Positions 7,861-18,266 of a stretch of DNA of 64,000 bases are shown here, in pieces. Origin of the DNA: a virus; IMG/VR virus record IMGVR_UViG_3300033552_000003, positions 1 through 64,000 of that record; one strand, given 5' to 3'. Under the pieces are notes generated by a model. It saw only the letters and a program-made list of their open reading frames with translations, had not been told where the DNA came from and searched no databases. The position numbers and the translations under genes were made by a program. Positions within the stretch are counted from its first letter, which is position 1. Each line of letters begins with the position of its first letter.

Positions 7861-8144
7861 TGGAGTCGAATATAAGAATGGAATCTATGCGAGAGGTAGC
7901 TAAAAAATTTAACATACCTTTATATGTAGTAGAAAAAGTAATTGAAGCTGTTTATACAGATCTAAAAAATACAATAGAAGATAGTACACAAGATGGTTAT
8001 GCTTTACCTCATTTTGGTAAGTTCTATCAAAGTGAAGGTAAACTACTTCAATTAAATATAAAAAAACAAATAAGAAATGTGGGTCGCAAACGAAAACTTC
8101 AAAACTCTAATACCGAACATGAATCCCCTGAGTCGGGAATATAA
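7860..8144 (+). CDS. IHF/HU-like DNA-binding protein
   Basis: MREVAKKFNIPLYVVEKVIEAVYTDLKNTIED...YALPHFGKFYQ follows the HU/IHF pattern (helical N-terminus, then h-h-P-x-FG-x-F arm start). An IHF-like gene next to TerL is a conserved crAss-like feature. The 3' end overlaps TerL. Confidence 0.5.
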   Translation: MESNIRMESMREVAKKFNIPLYVVEKVIEAVYTDLKNTIEDSTQDGYALPHFGKFYQSEGKLLQLNIKKQIRNVGRKRKLQNSNTEHESPESGI

Positions 8145-10290
8145 GATTTGGTGGAAGACGGAAAAGAGAAAATGTATTGAAGGTTATTGGAGTTCTGGTA
8201 AGTGGATGCCAGGACTTATTTACTTTTATATAAACTTTTGGAAAATACAATTAAATAAAGATGAGTTTTCTAAACAAAAAGTAGTAGGGGATCCATTTTT
8301 AAGAGATCTTGAATGGGAAAAAGGTTATGTATTTACAGAAGCTAGAGGATTCTCTGGGTTTAAAGAAGATACTAAATTCACTTGTAATGAAATACTTAAA
8401 AACAATAAAGAATCAGAAGAAATAATAAAAGTTCTTTTACCCGAAAATAGATATCCTAATATTTATAATAACGGAGTACTTAAAAAATATGAACCTGCTC
8501 GTACATATCTTAGACGTAATCATGGAACAGATTTAGGACAGCCGTTATTTGAAAATAATGCTAAAAATATATGTGATGTTGAATCTAGACGTACTGGTAA
8601 AAGTTTTATTGCAGCATGTGGTATAGGATACAACTTTTTATTTGATGGTGCTACAAACTATGATGATTATCTTAGAGGACAACAAGAAGGAAATCCTTAT
8701 TCTTCTGAAACATTAGTAGGCGCTATTGATAGTAAATATTCAACTGACTTAATATCTAAATTTAAAATAGGACTTGATAATTTAAAAGGAGCACAAGAAA
8801 GAGGAAATAAATTTTATCCATCTCCTTTTTCTAAAAAATTTGATGGGAGTTTAATGTGCGGTAAATTTATTACAGCTAAATATAAAGTTAAAAGAGGAGC
8901 TAACTGGGATGTAAAAGGATCTAACTCAAAAATATATCATAGAAGTTTTGCAGATAATCCTGAAGCAGGTAACGGTACAGCATCTGGAGTAATTTTTCTA
9001 GAAGAAGTAGGTTTTATGGGAAATCTAGAACAAGCTTTAGGTTCTTTAAAAGATACTACATATAATGGACCAAATAAATTTGGTACTATATGGATGTTCG
9101 GAACAGGAGGACAGATGGAGAGTGGTGCTACAGAGGCACTTAAAAGAATATTTTTTGATCCTGAAGGTTATGATTGTTTAGCTTTTGAAGATACTTGGGA
9201 AAATTCTGGTAAAATAGGATTTTTTGTACCTTATCATTTTGTATTTAATGTTAATAGAAACTCAGAAGGTATTTTAAATTTTGAAAAAACAGACAAAGAA
9301 ATTATTGTAAAAAGAGAACTTCTTAAAAAAGCTAAATCTAAAGATCCTTTACGTAAGGAAATGCAAAATAATCCTATTAAACCTTCTGAAGCATTTTTAA
9401 TAGTAGACGGTAATATATTTCCTACTACAGAATTAAAAGAACAGTTAAATTATTTAGAATCTCTTAAAGATGATTCATTAGAAGGAGCTAAAGGAGAATT
9501 AACTATAGATGTTGATGGTAGACCTAAGTGGTTACCTGATTTAGATAATAAATTCAGACCTTCAGATTATCCTGTTAAAAAAGGAGAAGCAACTGCAGGA
9601 TGTATTGTTATATGGGAACAACCTGTATATATAAATGGAGAAATACCTTATGGTCTTTATATAGCAGGTAATGACCCATACGATCAAGATAGTGCTAAAA
9701 ATAGTGAATCACTAGGATCTACATTTATATATAAAACCTTTATGACAGAAGAAGGTATATATGAATGGCCTGTAGCAGAATATACAGGAAGGCCTTCTAC
9801 AGCTAAAGAATATTATGAAACAACAAGACGTTTATTATTATATTATAGAGCATCATGTTTATATGAAAATGAAAAAAATGGTATAAAAATGCACTTTGAA
9901 CATAATAATTCATTACATTTACTAGCAAATACACCTACTATTTTAAAAGCAAATCAAAACAGCTCTGTAAGTAGAACATATGGACAACATATGACAGAAA
10001 GTGTAAAAGATGAAATTGAAGTATTTACTAGAGATTGGTTATCTGAAAAAGCAGGAGATGGTAAACTAAACTTGCATAAAATATATAGTAAACCTTTACT
10101 TAAAGAGTTAATATCATACTCTAGAAATAAAGAATTAAACTATGATAGAGTAATTGCGTTTATGTTATGTATTTCACTTCGATTACAAAATCATAGATTA
10201 AAAATAGATAATTTAAAAGCAGGAATACAAGTCGACCCTTTTTGGGAAAGAACATTTAAAATACCAGCACAAAGAAGAAATAATTTATAA
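8077..10290 (+). CDS. terL: terminase large subunit
   Basis: 737 aa. Walker A-like ESRRTGKSF, Walker B-like GVIFLEEVGF, acidic nuclease-half motif GNDPYDQD, and the portal gene directly downstream. Start is uncertain: the ATG at 8077 overlaps the upstream gene by 68 nt, with an alternative ATG at 8119. Confidence 0.85.
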   Translation: MWVANENFKTLIPNMNPLSREYKIWWKTEKRKCIEGYWSSGKWMPGLIYFYINFWKIQLNKDEFSKQKVVGDPFLRDLEWEKGYVFTEARGFSGFKEDTKFTCNEILKNNKESEEIIKVLLPENRYPNIYNNGVLKKYEPARTYLRRNHGTDLGQPLFENNAKNICDVESRRTGKSFIAACGIGYNFLFDGATNYDDYLRGQQEGNPYSSETLVGAIDSKYSTDLISKFKIGLDNLKGAQERGNKFYPSPFSKKFDGSLMCGKFITAKYKVKRGANWDVKGSNSKIYHRSFADNPEAGNGTASGVIFLEEVGFMGNLEQALGSLKDTTYNGPNKFGTIWMFGTGGQMESGATEALKRIFFDPEGYDCLAFEDTWENSGKIGFFVPYHFVFNVNRNSEGILNFEKTDKEIIVKRELLKKAKSKDPLRKEMQNNPIKPSEAFLIVDGNIFPTTELKEQLNYLESLKDDSLEGAKGELTIDVDGRPKWLPDLDNKFRPSDYPVKKGEATAGCIVIWEQPVYINGEIPYGLYIAGNDPYDQDSAKNSESLGSTFIYKTFMTEEGIYEWPVAEYTGRPSTAKEYYETTRRLLLYYRASCLYENEKNGIKMHFEHNNSLHLLANTPTILKANQNSSVSRTYGQHMTESVKDEIEVFTRDWLSEKAGDGKLNLHKIYSKPLLKELISYSRNKELNYDRVIAFMLCISLRLQNHRLKIDNLKAGIQVDPFWERTFKIPAQRRNNL

Positions 10291-10295
10291 AACAT

Positions 10296-12689
10296 ATGTT
10301 AAATAGTTTTTATACATCTTTACCTCCACAGAAATTAGCTGAATCCAAAAAAGGAAAGAAGTGGAGGGAGAATTCAGTAGATGCCATAGCTAGTTTTGGT
10401 CAGACAAGATCTAATGGTAGAACTACTAGATCTCGTAAAAAAACTAATTATAACTTAGTAAACTCAATATTTGATCCTAAAGATTTAGAATATGTACTTA
10501 ATCCATATGGTGCAGATTCTAATATGAATGGTGCTGAACCAGCTCAGATGAGATCAATGAATATTATTGCAGCTAAGATTAATTTACTTAAAGGAGAAGA
10601 AACTGCAAGACCTTTTGATTTTACAGTAGTAGCTAAAAATGGTGAAGCAGTAGATCAAAAAGAACAGAAGAAAAAGGATATTTTAATGCAAGTAGCGAAT
10701 TCAATTGTAGAACGTGCTGCAGGTATTCCGAATCAAAATCCTGATGACCAACAACCACAAACTTTTTCGGAAGCTGAAAAATACATAAAAATGTCTCTTA
10801 AAGATATAAGAGAAGAATGGGGTAATGCAATCTTAGAGCATCTTAAAGAAGATCAGAAATTAAAGTTACGCTTTAACGAAGGTTGGGAACATGTTTTAAT
10901 ATCAGGAGAAGAAATCTATTATGCTGGTATTGTAGGTAAAGAACCTAGATTACGTACAGTAAATCCTATGAATTTTGACTTTGATAAAAACCCAGATGAT
11001 CCATGTGTAGAAAATGGTGATTGGGCAAAAGAAGATAGGTTTATGTCTGTAGGTCAAATTGTAGATGAGTTTGGTGAATTTTTAACAGACGAACAAATAA
11101 CAAAATTAGATAATAGAAGTTTTACATCTTCTAACGAATTGAACACAAATATTTATCCAGGAGTAGCTTATCCACAAAAAGAACTGAATAGTCAATATAA
11201 TTCAGATAGAGCATCTTTAACATATCATACAGTTACAACTGTTGTTTGGAAATCTCTTAAAAGAGTAGGATTCTTATCTTATATGGATCCTGAAACTGGA
11301 GAACTAGTTGAAGTAATGGAAGATGAAACTTTTAAACTTTCTGAAGAACTTATATCTATAGGTGCTGAATTAGAATGGAAGTGGATTACTGAAGTTTGGA
11401 AAGGTACTAAAATAGGAGACGATTTTTATGCTGATATTAATCCTCTTCCTTATCAACTTAGATCTATGGATAATCCATATGAATCTAAATTACCATATAT
11501 AGGTAGAGTGTATAATTCTACAAATAGTATTTGTACTTCTATGGTTGATTTAATGAAACCATATCAGTATTTATATAACATTATGTGGTACAGACTTGAA
11601 GCTGAGATTGCAAAATCAAAAGGTAAAAAGTTTGTAATGGATCTTGCTCTTATTCCTAAAACACAAGGTTGGAATATGGATAAATGGATGTATCAATTTG
11701 ATACTCATGGTATAGCATATATTAATAGTTTAGAAGAAGGAAGACCTGGTGATCCTAATTCAGTTTCTAAGTTTAATCAATTTACATCTATTGATATGAC
11801 AATGTCTCAGACAGTTGTACAATATATGGGTATAATGGATAAACTAGAAGATATGATTGGAGAAATATCTGGAGTTAACAGACAAAGACAAGGGCAAACA
11901 TTCAGCTCTGAAACGCAAGGAGGAATAGAACGTGCTGTATCTCAATCTAGTTATATTACAGAACCTTATTTCTATTTACATAACGAAGTTAAAAAACAAG
12001 TACTTACACAACTATTAGAAGTAGCTAAGATAGCATATGATGGTTCTAAAAAAATTCATTTCATATTAGATGATATGCAGAGAATATTCTTAGACATAGA
12101 TATGGATAAGTTTTCTGATAGTGAATATGGCGTATTTGTATCTAATAGTTTAGAAGATAAAATCTTATATCAGAAAATTGAAGGTCTTGCTCAAGCAGCA
12201 ATGCAGAATGGTACTCTTAAATTTGCTGATCTTATTAAAATGTATAAAACTAAATCTATATCTAGACTTTCTGCTGATCTTGAACTTGCTGAAGATAAAC
12301 GTGTACAAGAACAACAAAAAGCGGCTGAACAACAAAATCAAATTGCTCAACAACAATTACAACAACAAGCAGCAGATAAACAAGCAGATAGAGATAATGA
12401 GAATATGAATAAGCAACTTGATAGACAGAATAAACTTGATCTTGCTACACTTACAGCTCTTGGTTTTTCTGAAGATAAAGATATAGATAATGATGGTACA
12501 CCAGATGTTATTGAACAAGGTAAGATAGCTTTGAAACAATCTGAAATAGCTTCTAAACAAATCATGCAGTCTCAGAAATTACAACATGAATCTTCTGAAG
12601 CATCTAAGAATAGAAACTTAGAAAAGGATAAAATACAAGCTGATAAAGAGATTGCTAGATATAAAGCTAAAAGTAAACCTAAAAACTAA
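10296..12689 (+). CDS. portal protein with a Q/K-rich C-terminal extension
   Basis: 797 aa, immediately after TerL; size and position are typical of crAss-like portals. The C-terminal ~130 aa is low-complexity (CAA-rich DNA). Confidence 0.7.
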   Translation: MLNSFYTSLPPQKLAESKKGKKWRENSVDAIASFGQTRSNGRTTRSRKKTNYNLVNSIFDPKDLEYVLNPYGADSNMNGAEPAQMRSMNIIAAKINLLKGEETARPFDFTVVAKNGEAVDQKEQKKKDILMQVANSIVERAAGIPNQNPDDQQPQTFSEAEKYIKMSLKDIREEWGNAILEHLKEDQKLKLRFNEGWEHVLISGEEIYYAGIVGKEPRLRTVNPMNFDFDKNPDDPCVENGDWAKEDRFMSVGQIVDEFGEFLTDEQITKLDNRSFTSSNELNTNIYPGVAYPQKELNSQYNSDRASLTYHTVTTVVWKSLKRVGFLSYMDPETGELVEVMEDETFKLSEELISIGAELEWKWITEVWKGTKIGDDFYADINPLPYQLRSMDNPYESKLPYIGRVYNSTNSICTSMVDLMKPYQYLYNIMWYRLEAEIAKSKGKKFVMDLALIPKTQGWNMDKWMYQFDTHGIAYINSLEEGRPGDPNSVSKFNQFTSIDMTMSQTVVQYMGIMDKLEDMIGEISGVNRQRQGQTFSSETQGGIERAVSQSSYITEPYFYLHNEVKKQVLTQLLEVAKIAYDGSKKIHFILDDMQRIFLDIDMDKFSDSEYGVFVSNSLEDKILYQKIEGLAQAAMQNGTLKFADLIKMYKTKSISRLSADLELAEDKRVQEQQKAAEQQNQIAQQQLQQQAADKQADRDNENMNKQLDRQNKLDLATLTALGFSEDKDIDNDGTPDVIEQGKIALKQSEIASKQIMQSQKLQHESSEASKNRNLEKDKIQADKEIARYKAKSKPKN

Positions 12690-12796
12690 AACTAGATTGT
12701 AGAGTTTTATACATAACAGTAAAATATATTTTATTTGTTATAAGAAAAACTCTTTTATAATAAAATAAATAAACATAAATTTAAACCAAGATAAAT

Positions 12797-13855
12797 ATGT
12801 GGAAACTAGAAACACAAAAATACAGTGGTGCAGACGATAACTCTGAACCAAATAAACAGGATAAACCTGTAGAAATTATTCAAGAAATTGTTGACGTTAA
12901 AGACGTACAAGATCTAGATGATGATTTTGATACTCCAATTCCTGATCTAAAAGCTAAAGCTAAAGAAGCTAAAGAAGAAAAAATTGAGGAAGTAATTGAT
13001 GATACTACATCTTACTTTAAAACTCTTTCTTTTTTAGCAGAAGAAGGAATACTTGATTTAGATGATGATGCTGAATTTGAAGATTCTAAAGAAGGTTTAA
13101 AAGAAGCTGTTCAATTACATATTCAAAAGGAACAAGAAAAGTTTGAAGCTAGTCTACCAGAAGAAGAAAAAGAACTTCTTACGTTTATTAAAAGTGGTGG
13201 TACAGCAAAAGACTTTTTAGAAACTAAAAATGAAATTGATTATAGTGATATTGATTTAGAAGGTGATACAGAAGATGTACAACGTAATAAATTTAATATC
13301 GTAATAGATCATTTAGTGTCAATGGGTTATGAATATGAAGATGCTGTTGATGTAGCTAAATCTACACTTGAAGCAGGTAATCTTGATAAACAAGCTAAAG
13401 TTGCTCAAAAAAAACTAATAGAATTTAGTAAAAAAACTACTGAACAAAAGATAGAATCTTTTAAAGTAGAAAAAGCTAAAAAAATAGAAGAACAAGTTCG
13501 TGTTCAAGAAGATTATAGAAAGACAATTCTTTCTACTCGTTCTTTAAAAGGGTTTGAAATTAAAGAAAAAGAAGCTCAAAATTTATATGACTTTATTTCT
13601 AAAGCAGATAAACAAGGACTTACTCCTTTACAAAAAGCAAATACTGAAGAAAATAAACTTGCTTTTGCATGGTTATTAATGAATGGATTTGACTTAAAAA
13701 AACTTGAACAACAAGCTGTAACAGGTGTTACTCAAAAAATTAAAAAAACTCTTGGTGCTCATAGAGATAGTTTAGTTAAACCTAGAGTTATAACAAAACA
13801 AGATGAAGAAGAAAATAAATCTAAATTAAAGATTCACTGGGCAGTAGGTAAGTAA
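12797..13855 (+). CDS. highly charged coiled-coil protein, scaffold candidate
   Basis: 352 aa, D/E/K-rich, located between the portal and the capsid gene. Confidence 0.5.
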   Translation: MWKLETQKYSGADDNSEPNKQDKPVEIIQEIVDVKDVQDLDDDFDTPIPDLKAKAKEAKEEKIEEVIDDTTSYFKTLSFLAEEGILDLDDDAEFEDSKEGLKEAVQLHIQKEQEKFEASLPEEEKELLTFIKSGGTAKDFLETKNEIDYSDIDLEGDTEDVQRNKFNIVIDHLVSMGYEYEDAVDVAKSTLEAGNLDKQAKVAQKKLIEFSKKTTEQKIESFKVEKAKKIEEQVRVQEDYRKTILSTRSLKGFEIKEKEAQNLYDFISKADKQGLTPLQKANTEENKLAFAWLLMNGFDLKKLEQQAVTGVTQKIKKTLGAHRDSLVKPRVITKQDEEENKSKLKIHWAVGK

Positions 13856-13880
13856 AAGTAAAAAAAAAGTAAATTAATAT

Positions 13881-15347
13881 ATGGCTAATCAAAAACAAAC
13901 GCTTTCGCCTTTACAAGTGATGCAATCAAGAGACTTTAATGGCCTTGAGGAATCTAATAACTTGGTAAACGCATATCTATCAGAGCCTGAAAAAGTAGGA
14001 TCTATTCTTTCATACGCTTTTGGTAGACAAGATAATAATGTAATAACATTATTGACTGGTGGTATTGGTAATACTGTTACAGTAAACCAAAAAGAATATG
14101 AGTGGGATCTTATTTCTCAAAATGAAAGAAGTATCATGGTATCTGTAACATCTCCTGATGGTGGAGCAACTCCAGGGTATGGTCAAATTCCTTTCCGTAT
14201 TTGGTTAGAAGAAAAATGGTTTGATGCAACAGATGTACTTGTATCTGATAGTGGTGTTCAAGTTCGTGTAGCTTCTGAACCTTATCAAGATGGTAATTCT
14301 TTTGTGTATTCTGTAGTTCTTGTAGATCCAAATATTCCTTTCTTGGATGTTTCTCAAATCTCAGTAGGTGCTAGGTTCTCTAAAGACTATTCTACAGTAG
14401 AAGAATACTCTATTAAAGGTGGTGGTCACGGATTCCAAACTCCTATTAAATTACGTAACGTACTTAGTACTTTCCGTAAAACAACTAAAGTAACTCGTAA
14501 TGCAGCTAAAACTGTAATGACAATTGAGTTACCTAATCCAGAAAATCCTGATCAAAAAACTAGATTGTGGACTCAAATGTCTGAGTGGGCTGCAATGTCT
14601 GCTTGGTATCGTGAATTAGATAAATCTTATATCTATTCTACTCTTAGTAGAAACAGCGATGGTCAACATTTAGTACAAGGTGAAAACAGAAGACCTGTTA
14701 TTACAGGGGCTGGTTTACGTCAACAAATTGCTCCTGCAAACAGACGTTATTATAACAGCCTTACATTTGATATTTTAGATGAGTTTTTACTTGATCTATC
14801 TTATTCAACTAATGCTTGGGGTGGTGATAAACATTTTATTGCTCTTACAGGTAAAATGGGTATGCGTGAATTTGATAGAGCTATTAAAGATCATGCTAAA
14901 GGTAATAATATTACTGTAACTAATAGTGGTACATTTATTTCTGGTTCTGGCGACTCTCTTGATTTTGATGGTTACTTCCAAACAGTTCATTTCTTAAATG
15001 GTACGTCTCTTTCTGTTAAACAGTTTGATCCATATGATGACATTACTCGTAACAGAACATTACATCCTAAGACTAAAAAACCTTTAGAATCTTATAGATT
15101 CACTATCATGAATGCAGGTGCTGCAAAAGATGGTAAATCAAACATTCGTAAAGTTGCTTTGTCTGATTCAGAAATGATGATGTGGCATGTAGCTGGTTCT
15201 ACTGATCCAATGGGCGGTGTAGCTAAATCTTTAAGTACTCTTAGAGCTTCAGGTATTGATGGTTATGATATTCACTTTGCTTCAGAATGTGGTATTATGC
15301 TTGCAGATCCTTTGTCTTGTGGTGAGCTTATTATGAGAATACAATAA
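13881..15347 (+). CDS. major capsid protein (inferred)
   Basis: 488 aa. Position after portal and scaffold candidate, GC-richer highly-expressed codon choice, and an 11-bp-stem terminator immediately downstream. Confidence 0.7.
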   Translation: MANQKQTLSPLQVMQSRDFNGLEESNNLVNAYLSEPEKVGSILSYAFGRQDNNVITLLTGGIGNTVTVNQKEYEWDLISQNERSIMVSVTSPDGGATPGYGQIPFRIWLEEKWFDATDVLVSDSGVQVRVASEPYQDGNSFVYSVVLVDPNIPFLDVSQISVGARFSKDYSTVEEYSIKGGGHGFQTPIKLRNVLSTFRKTTKVTRNAAKTVMTIELPNPENPDQKTRLWTQMSEWAAMSAWYRELDKSYIYSTLSRNSDGQHLVQGENRRPVITGAGLRQQIAPANRRYYNSLTFDILDEFLLDLSYSTNAWGGDKHFIALTGKMGMREFDRAIKDHAKGNNITVTNSGTFISGSGDSLDFDGYFQTVHFLNGTSLSVKQFDPYDDITRNRTLHPKTKKPLESYRFTIMNAGAAKDGKSNIRKVALSDSEMMMWHVAGSTDPMGGVAKSLSTLRASGIDGYDIHFASECGIMLADPLSCGELIMRIQ

Positions 15348-15354
15348 TATACTT

Positions 15355-15388
15355 AACAGGGAGAATCAAACCTTCTCCCTGTTATTTT
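15355..15388 (+). terminator. rho-independent terminator after the capsid gene
   Basis: aacagggagaa (15355-15365) / ttctccctgtt (15373-15383), 7-nt loop, followed by aTTTT. Confidence 0.75.
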
Positions 15389-15422
15389 AAAAACCAAAAC
15401 AACAAACTAAACTAAAATTATT

Positions 15423-16202
15423 ATGCAATATAAATTAAAACCAATTCGTAAAGATGTGTTCAGTAAGGTTACAAGATACAGTAATACTTATGTTAAAATA
15501 GGAGCACCTTTAAGTGCAACATCTGGAGATCCTGTAACAGGATTAACAGAAGATGATGAAGTTTATTTTGAAAAAGCACTTAGAATGCAACCAGGAACTC
15601 TTTCTCCTAAATCTGATTATTGGGTAACTTTTCATGTATCAATAGGTGAAGATGGACTTGTGCTTAATACTGAAAATCCTGAACATGAGTTTCACGTTAA
15701 ATTTTTAAAAATAAATAAGCTAATAGCGAATGGTTATGCTGATAAAAACGCAGATGCTGAATTTGTTCTTTCTTGTGATGATGAAGAGGCTAAAATAAGT
15801 AATGAAGGGCGTAAACATAAGAAAGAAGCTTATAAGATCTTTAGTACACTTACTCCTAGTGATATGAGAGGTATTCTTTTAATGCTTGGTAAACCAGCAC
15901 AAGATGTATCTGATGATATTGTAGAAGATCAATTAGGAAGTGAAATGGAAGCAAATTTTGAAAAGTTTGTATCTATTGCTGGAGATGAAAAATTAAAATA
16001 TAAAGTCTTTCTTACTAAAGCTGTAAATTATGGTATTGTAAGAAGAGATGGTAAAAGTAATTTTGCAGATTTTTATTACAAAGAAGTATTTTTAGGTAAA
16101 GGTCTTAAAGATGCAACAGATTTTATTATTGCAAAAGCAAATGTTACTGTTTATACAGGAATTAAAAAAGAACTTAATGACCTTTTAAATACAAAAGACT
16201 AA
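15423..16202 (+). CDS. virion-module hypothetical protein, 259 aa
   Basis: ORF in the track. Confidence 0.75.
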   Translation: MQYKLKPIRKDVFSKVTRYSNTYVKIGAPLSATSGDPVTGLTEDDEVYFEKALRMQPGTLSPKSDYWVTFHVSIGEDGLVLNTENPEHEFHVKFLKINKLIANGYADKNADAEFVLSCDDEEAKISNEGRKHKKEAYKIFSTLTPSDMRGILLMLGKPAQDVSDDIVEDQLGSEMEANFEKFVSIAGDEKLKYKVFLTKAVNYGIVRRDGKSNFADFYYKEVFLGKGLKDATDFIIAKANVTVYTGIKKELNDLLNTKD

Positions 16203-16907
16203 ATGACTATAGCTGAAGCACATATTGATCTTCAACTTGGTTTAGATAAAATCGGTTCAACTGCTCCTGAATTAGGAGTAGTTGAGGCTGATCTTTGGTT
16301 AAATAAAGCACAACTGAGATACGTTAAAACTCATTATGGTATAAACAATTTATATCAAAAAGGATATGAGGAAATACAAAAAAGAAGAGAGGATTTAAAA
16401 GCACTTATTAAAACTAAGTATGGTAAACCTACTCCTTTAGAAAACATTACAATAGTACCTTTAAATAGTTTATTTGATGATAAATTATTTACAATAGCTT
16501 CTATTGATAAATACATGTTTTTTGTTAAAGTGCATATTAATACAACAAAAGGACTTTGTACAGATAACTTTGAATTAAAATTAGTAGATCAAGATAAGCT
16601 AGAAAGAATTAAAACAGATCCTTTTAATAAATCTACTTACAATCACCCAAAAGGATATTATGAAGATAATTCTATATATATATTGACTCCAGATTTTGTA
16701 GTTAACAATATTCAGATTACATTTATAAAATATCCAATATCTGTACAATACGGAACACAATACCCAGTCCCTACAACAGATATACAATTTGAAATAAGTG
16801 AACATACTCATGATGAAATAGTTCAACTTGCAGTAACACTTATTACAGAAAACAACATGTCACAAAGAGTTCAAACAATACAAATACCTAACAATTCAGT
16901 AGAATAA
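16203..16907 (+). CDS. virion-module hypothetical protein, 234 aa
   Basis: ORF in the track; starts 1 nt after the upstream stop. The antisense ORF 16599-16826 is judged spurious. Confidence 0.75.
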   Translation: MTIAEAHIDLQLGLDKIGSTAPELGVVEADLWLNKAQLRYVKTHYGINNLYQKGYEEIQKRREDLKALIKTKYGKPTPLENITIVPLNSLFDDKLFTIASIDKYMFFVKVHINTTKGLCTDNFELKLVDQDKLERIKTDPFNKSTYNHPKGYYEDNSIYILTPDFVVNNIQITFIKYPISVQYGTQYPVPTTDIQFEISEHTHDEIVQLAVTLITENNMSQRVQTIQIPNNSVE

Positions 16908-16933
16908 ATTCTAACTTTTAACAAAAAACAATT

Positions 16934-18202
16934 ATGTCAAATTACACTAGAGTAGGTCGTGTTTTAATTGGAGATGGTGCAAACGTTGCCCTTCCAGCAA
17001 ATACTACCCTCCAAACAATTTCTGCTGGTGATCTGTTTGTAACAGATGAAGGTGGTAATATCTTAGCAAACGCTGCTGCTGCTGCCGCTATTTCTAGAAG
17101 TGCAGGTGTACGAGTTATTCAAGGAACAGGTCCTGGAAAATTTGTAGGTTCTGGTCTTATTAGAGGTATGTATACTTCTGGTTATAGAGGTGGTATATAT
17201 GCTGCACCTTCTGAACAAGTTAGTTATTTAGGTTTTAATGCTGTAGCAGGAACAGATAACTTAGCTGTATTAGATAATACAGAATATCAACTTACAGTTG
17301 CTTATTTAGATGGTAGACGTTTTCATGGTGAGCAACAAACAAGAGATGTTTATCATTACAAAACTCCTGCAACAGGTTCTTCTTTATCAGATTTAGCGTT
17401 TGGTATTTTAAGACAAGCGGAACAAAGATATTTTCCTCTTTCAGGTGGTACTAACAATGTAAAAATTGAAGTAGTATCTAACGGTACTTACACTGTAAGT
17501 TTAACTACTTTATCTGTAATTAATGGATCTGCTACAGTAACTTCAAGTGCAGCTTCTGGTTATGTTGCTGGTGATACAATTCGTATTGGTGGTGCAACAG
17601 CTCCATTTGCTGTTTATACTATCAAGTCTGTAACTGGTAACGTTATTGTTCTTAACAACATTTATGCTGGCCCATCTGCTACTGCTGTAGCTTACGGTAA
17701 AATGACAGTAATTACTTCTTACGGTTTTAAATTAACTGGTTTAGCAATTGCTCCAAACATTCCTACTGATACTTATACTAAAGTTCAGTTTGATTCTTCT
17801 TTTGGTATTTCTACAGACAATGGTAATTATGTTGTTGCAACTACTACTCAAAAAATGTTCCCAGGGAACGGTTATTGGGAGCAAGTAAAAGACGCATATT
17901 TCTTTGCTGCTGGTTGGTTAGGTGTTACTAATAGAACTGTATTCCCAATTCCTCAATATGCTTCTTACTATGTACAAGGTGCAAACTATGATACAATTGT
18001 AATCGAACATTCTGATGAAGTAAGAGGAGATTTCCAGGACACTCAAAATAACCCTTTAAAAACTATTATTTATATTGCTCAAGTAACAGTACCTGCTGCT
18101 ACTACTGAACAAGCTGGTTACACAACTGTAACTGATTTTGTAGCCATTCTTAATGGTTATTTTGCAACTTCAGTAGGTTTTCCAGCAATAAACACTTTCT
18201 AG
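16934..18202 (+). CDS. abundant A/G/T-rich virion protein, 422 aa (capsid auxiliary, decoration or fibre candidate)
   Basis: ORF in the track, GC-richer codon choice, own strong terminator. Confidence 0.7.
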   Translation: MSNYTRVGRVLIGDGANVALPANTTLQTISAGDLFVTDEGGNILANAAAAAAISRSAGVRVIQGTGPGKFVGSGLIRGMYTSGYRGGIYAAPSEQVSYLGFNAVAGTDNLAVLDNTEYQLTVAYLDGRRFHGEQQTRDVYHYKTPATGSSLSDLAFGILRQAEQRYFPLSGGTNNVKIEVVSNGTYTVSLTTLSVINGSATVTSSAASGYVAGDTIRIGGATAPFAVYTIKSVTGNVIVLNNIYAGPSATAVAYGKMTVITSYGFKLTGLAIAPNIPTDTYTKVQFDSSFGISTDNGNYVVATTTQKMFPGNGYWEQVKDAYFFAAGWLGVTNRTVFPIPQYASYYVQGANYDTIVIEHSDEVRGDFQDTQNNPLKTIIYIAQVTVPAATTEQAGYTTVTDFVAILNGYFATSVGFPAINTF

Positions 18203-18223
18203 TTTGTTTATTTTGGTTTGAAG

Positions 18224-18252
18224 AAGGGGGTAGGAAACTATCCCCTTTTTTT
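18224..18252 (+). terminator. rho-independent terminator (GAAA tetraloop)
   Basis: gggggtag (18226-18233), loop gaaa, ctatcccc (18238-18245, one G:U pair), then a T7 run. Confidence 0.75.
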
Positions 18253-18266
18253 ATATCTTTACAATA

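Noticed and set aside
12165-12565. Four overlapping ORFs (12165-12356 -, 12178-12408 +, 12347-12565 -, 12357-12560 -) inside the portal 3' region
   Set aside because: They are shadows of CAA/AAA-rich low-complexity coding DNA. Their products are low-complexity junk (Leu/Ile/Lys/Asn-, Cys/Ser- or Ile/Phe-rich), and all lie inside a long, well-supported ORF.
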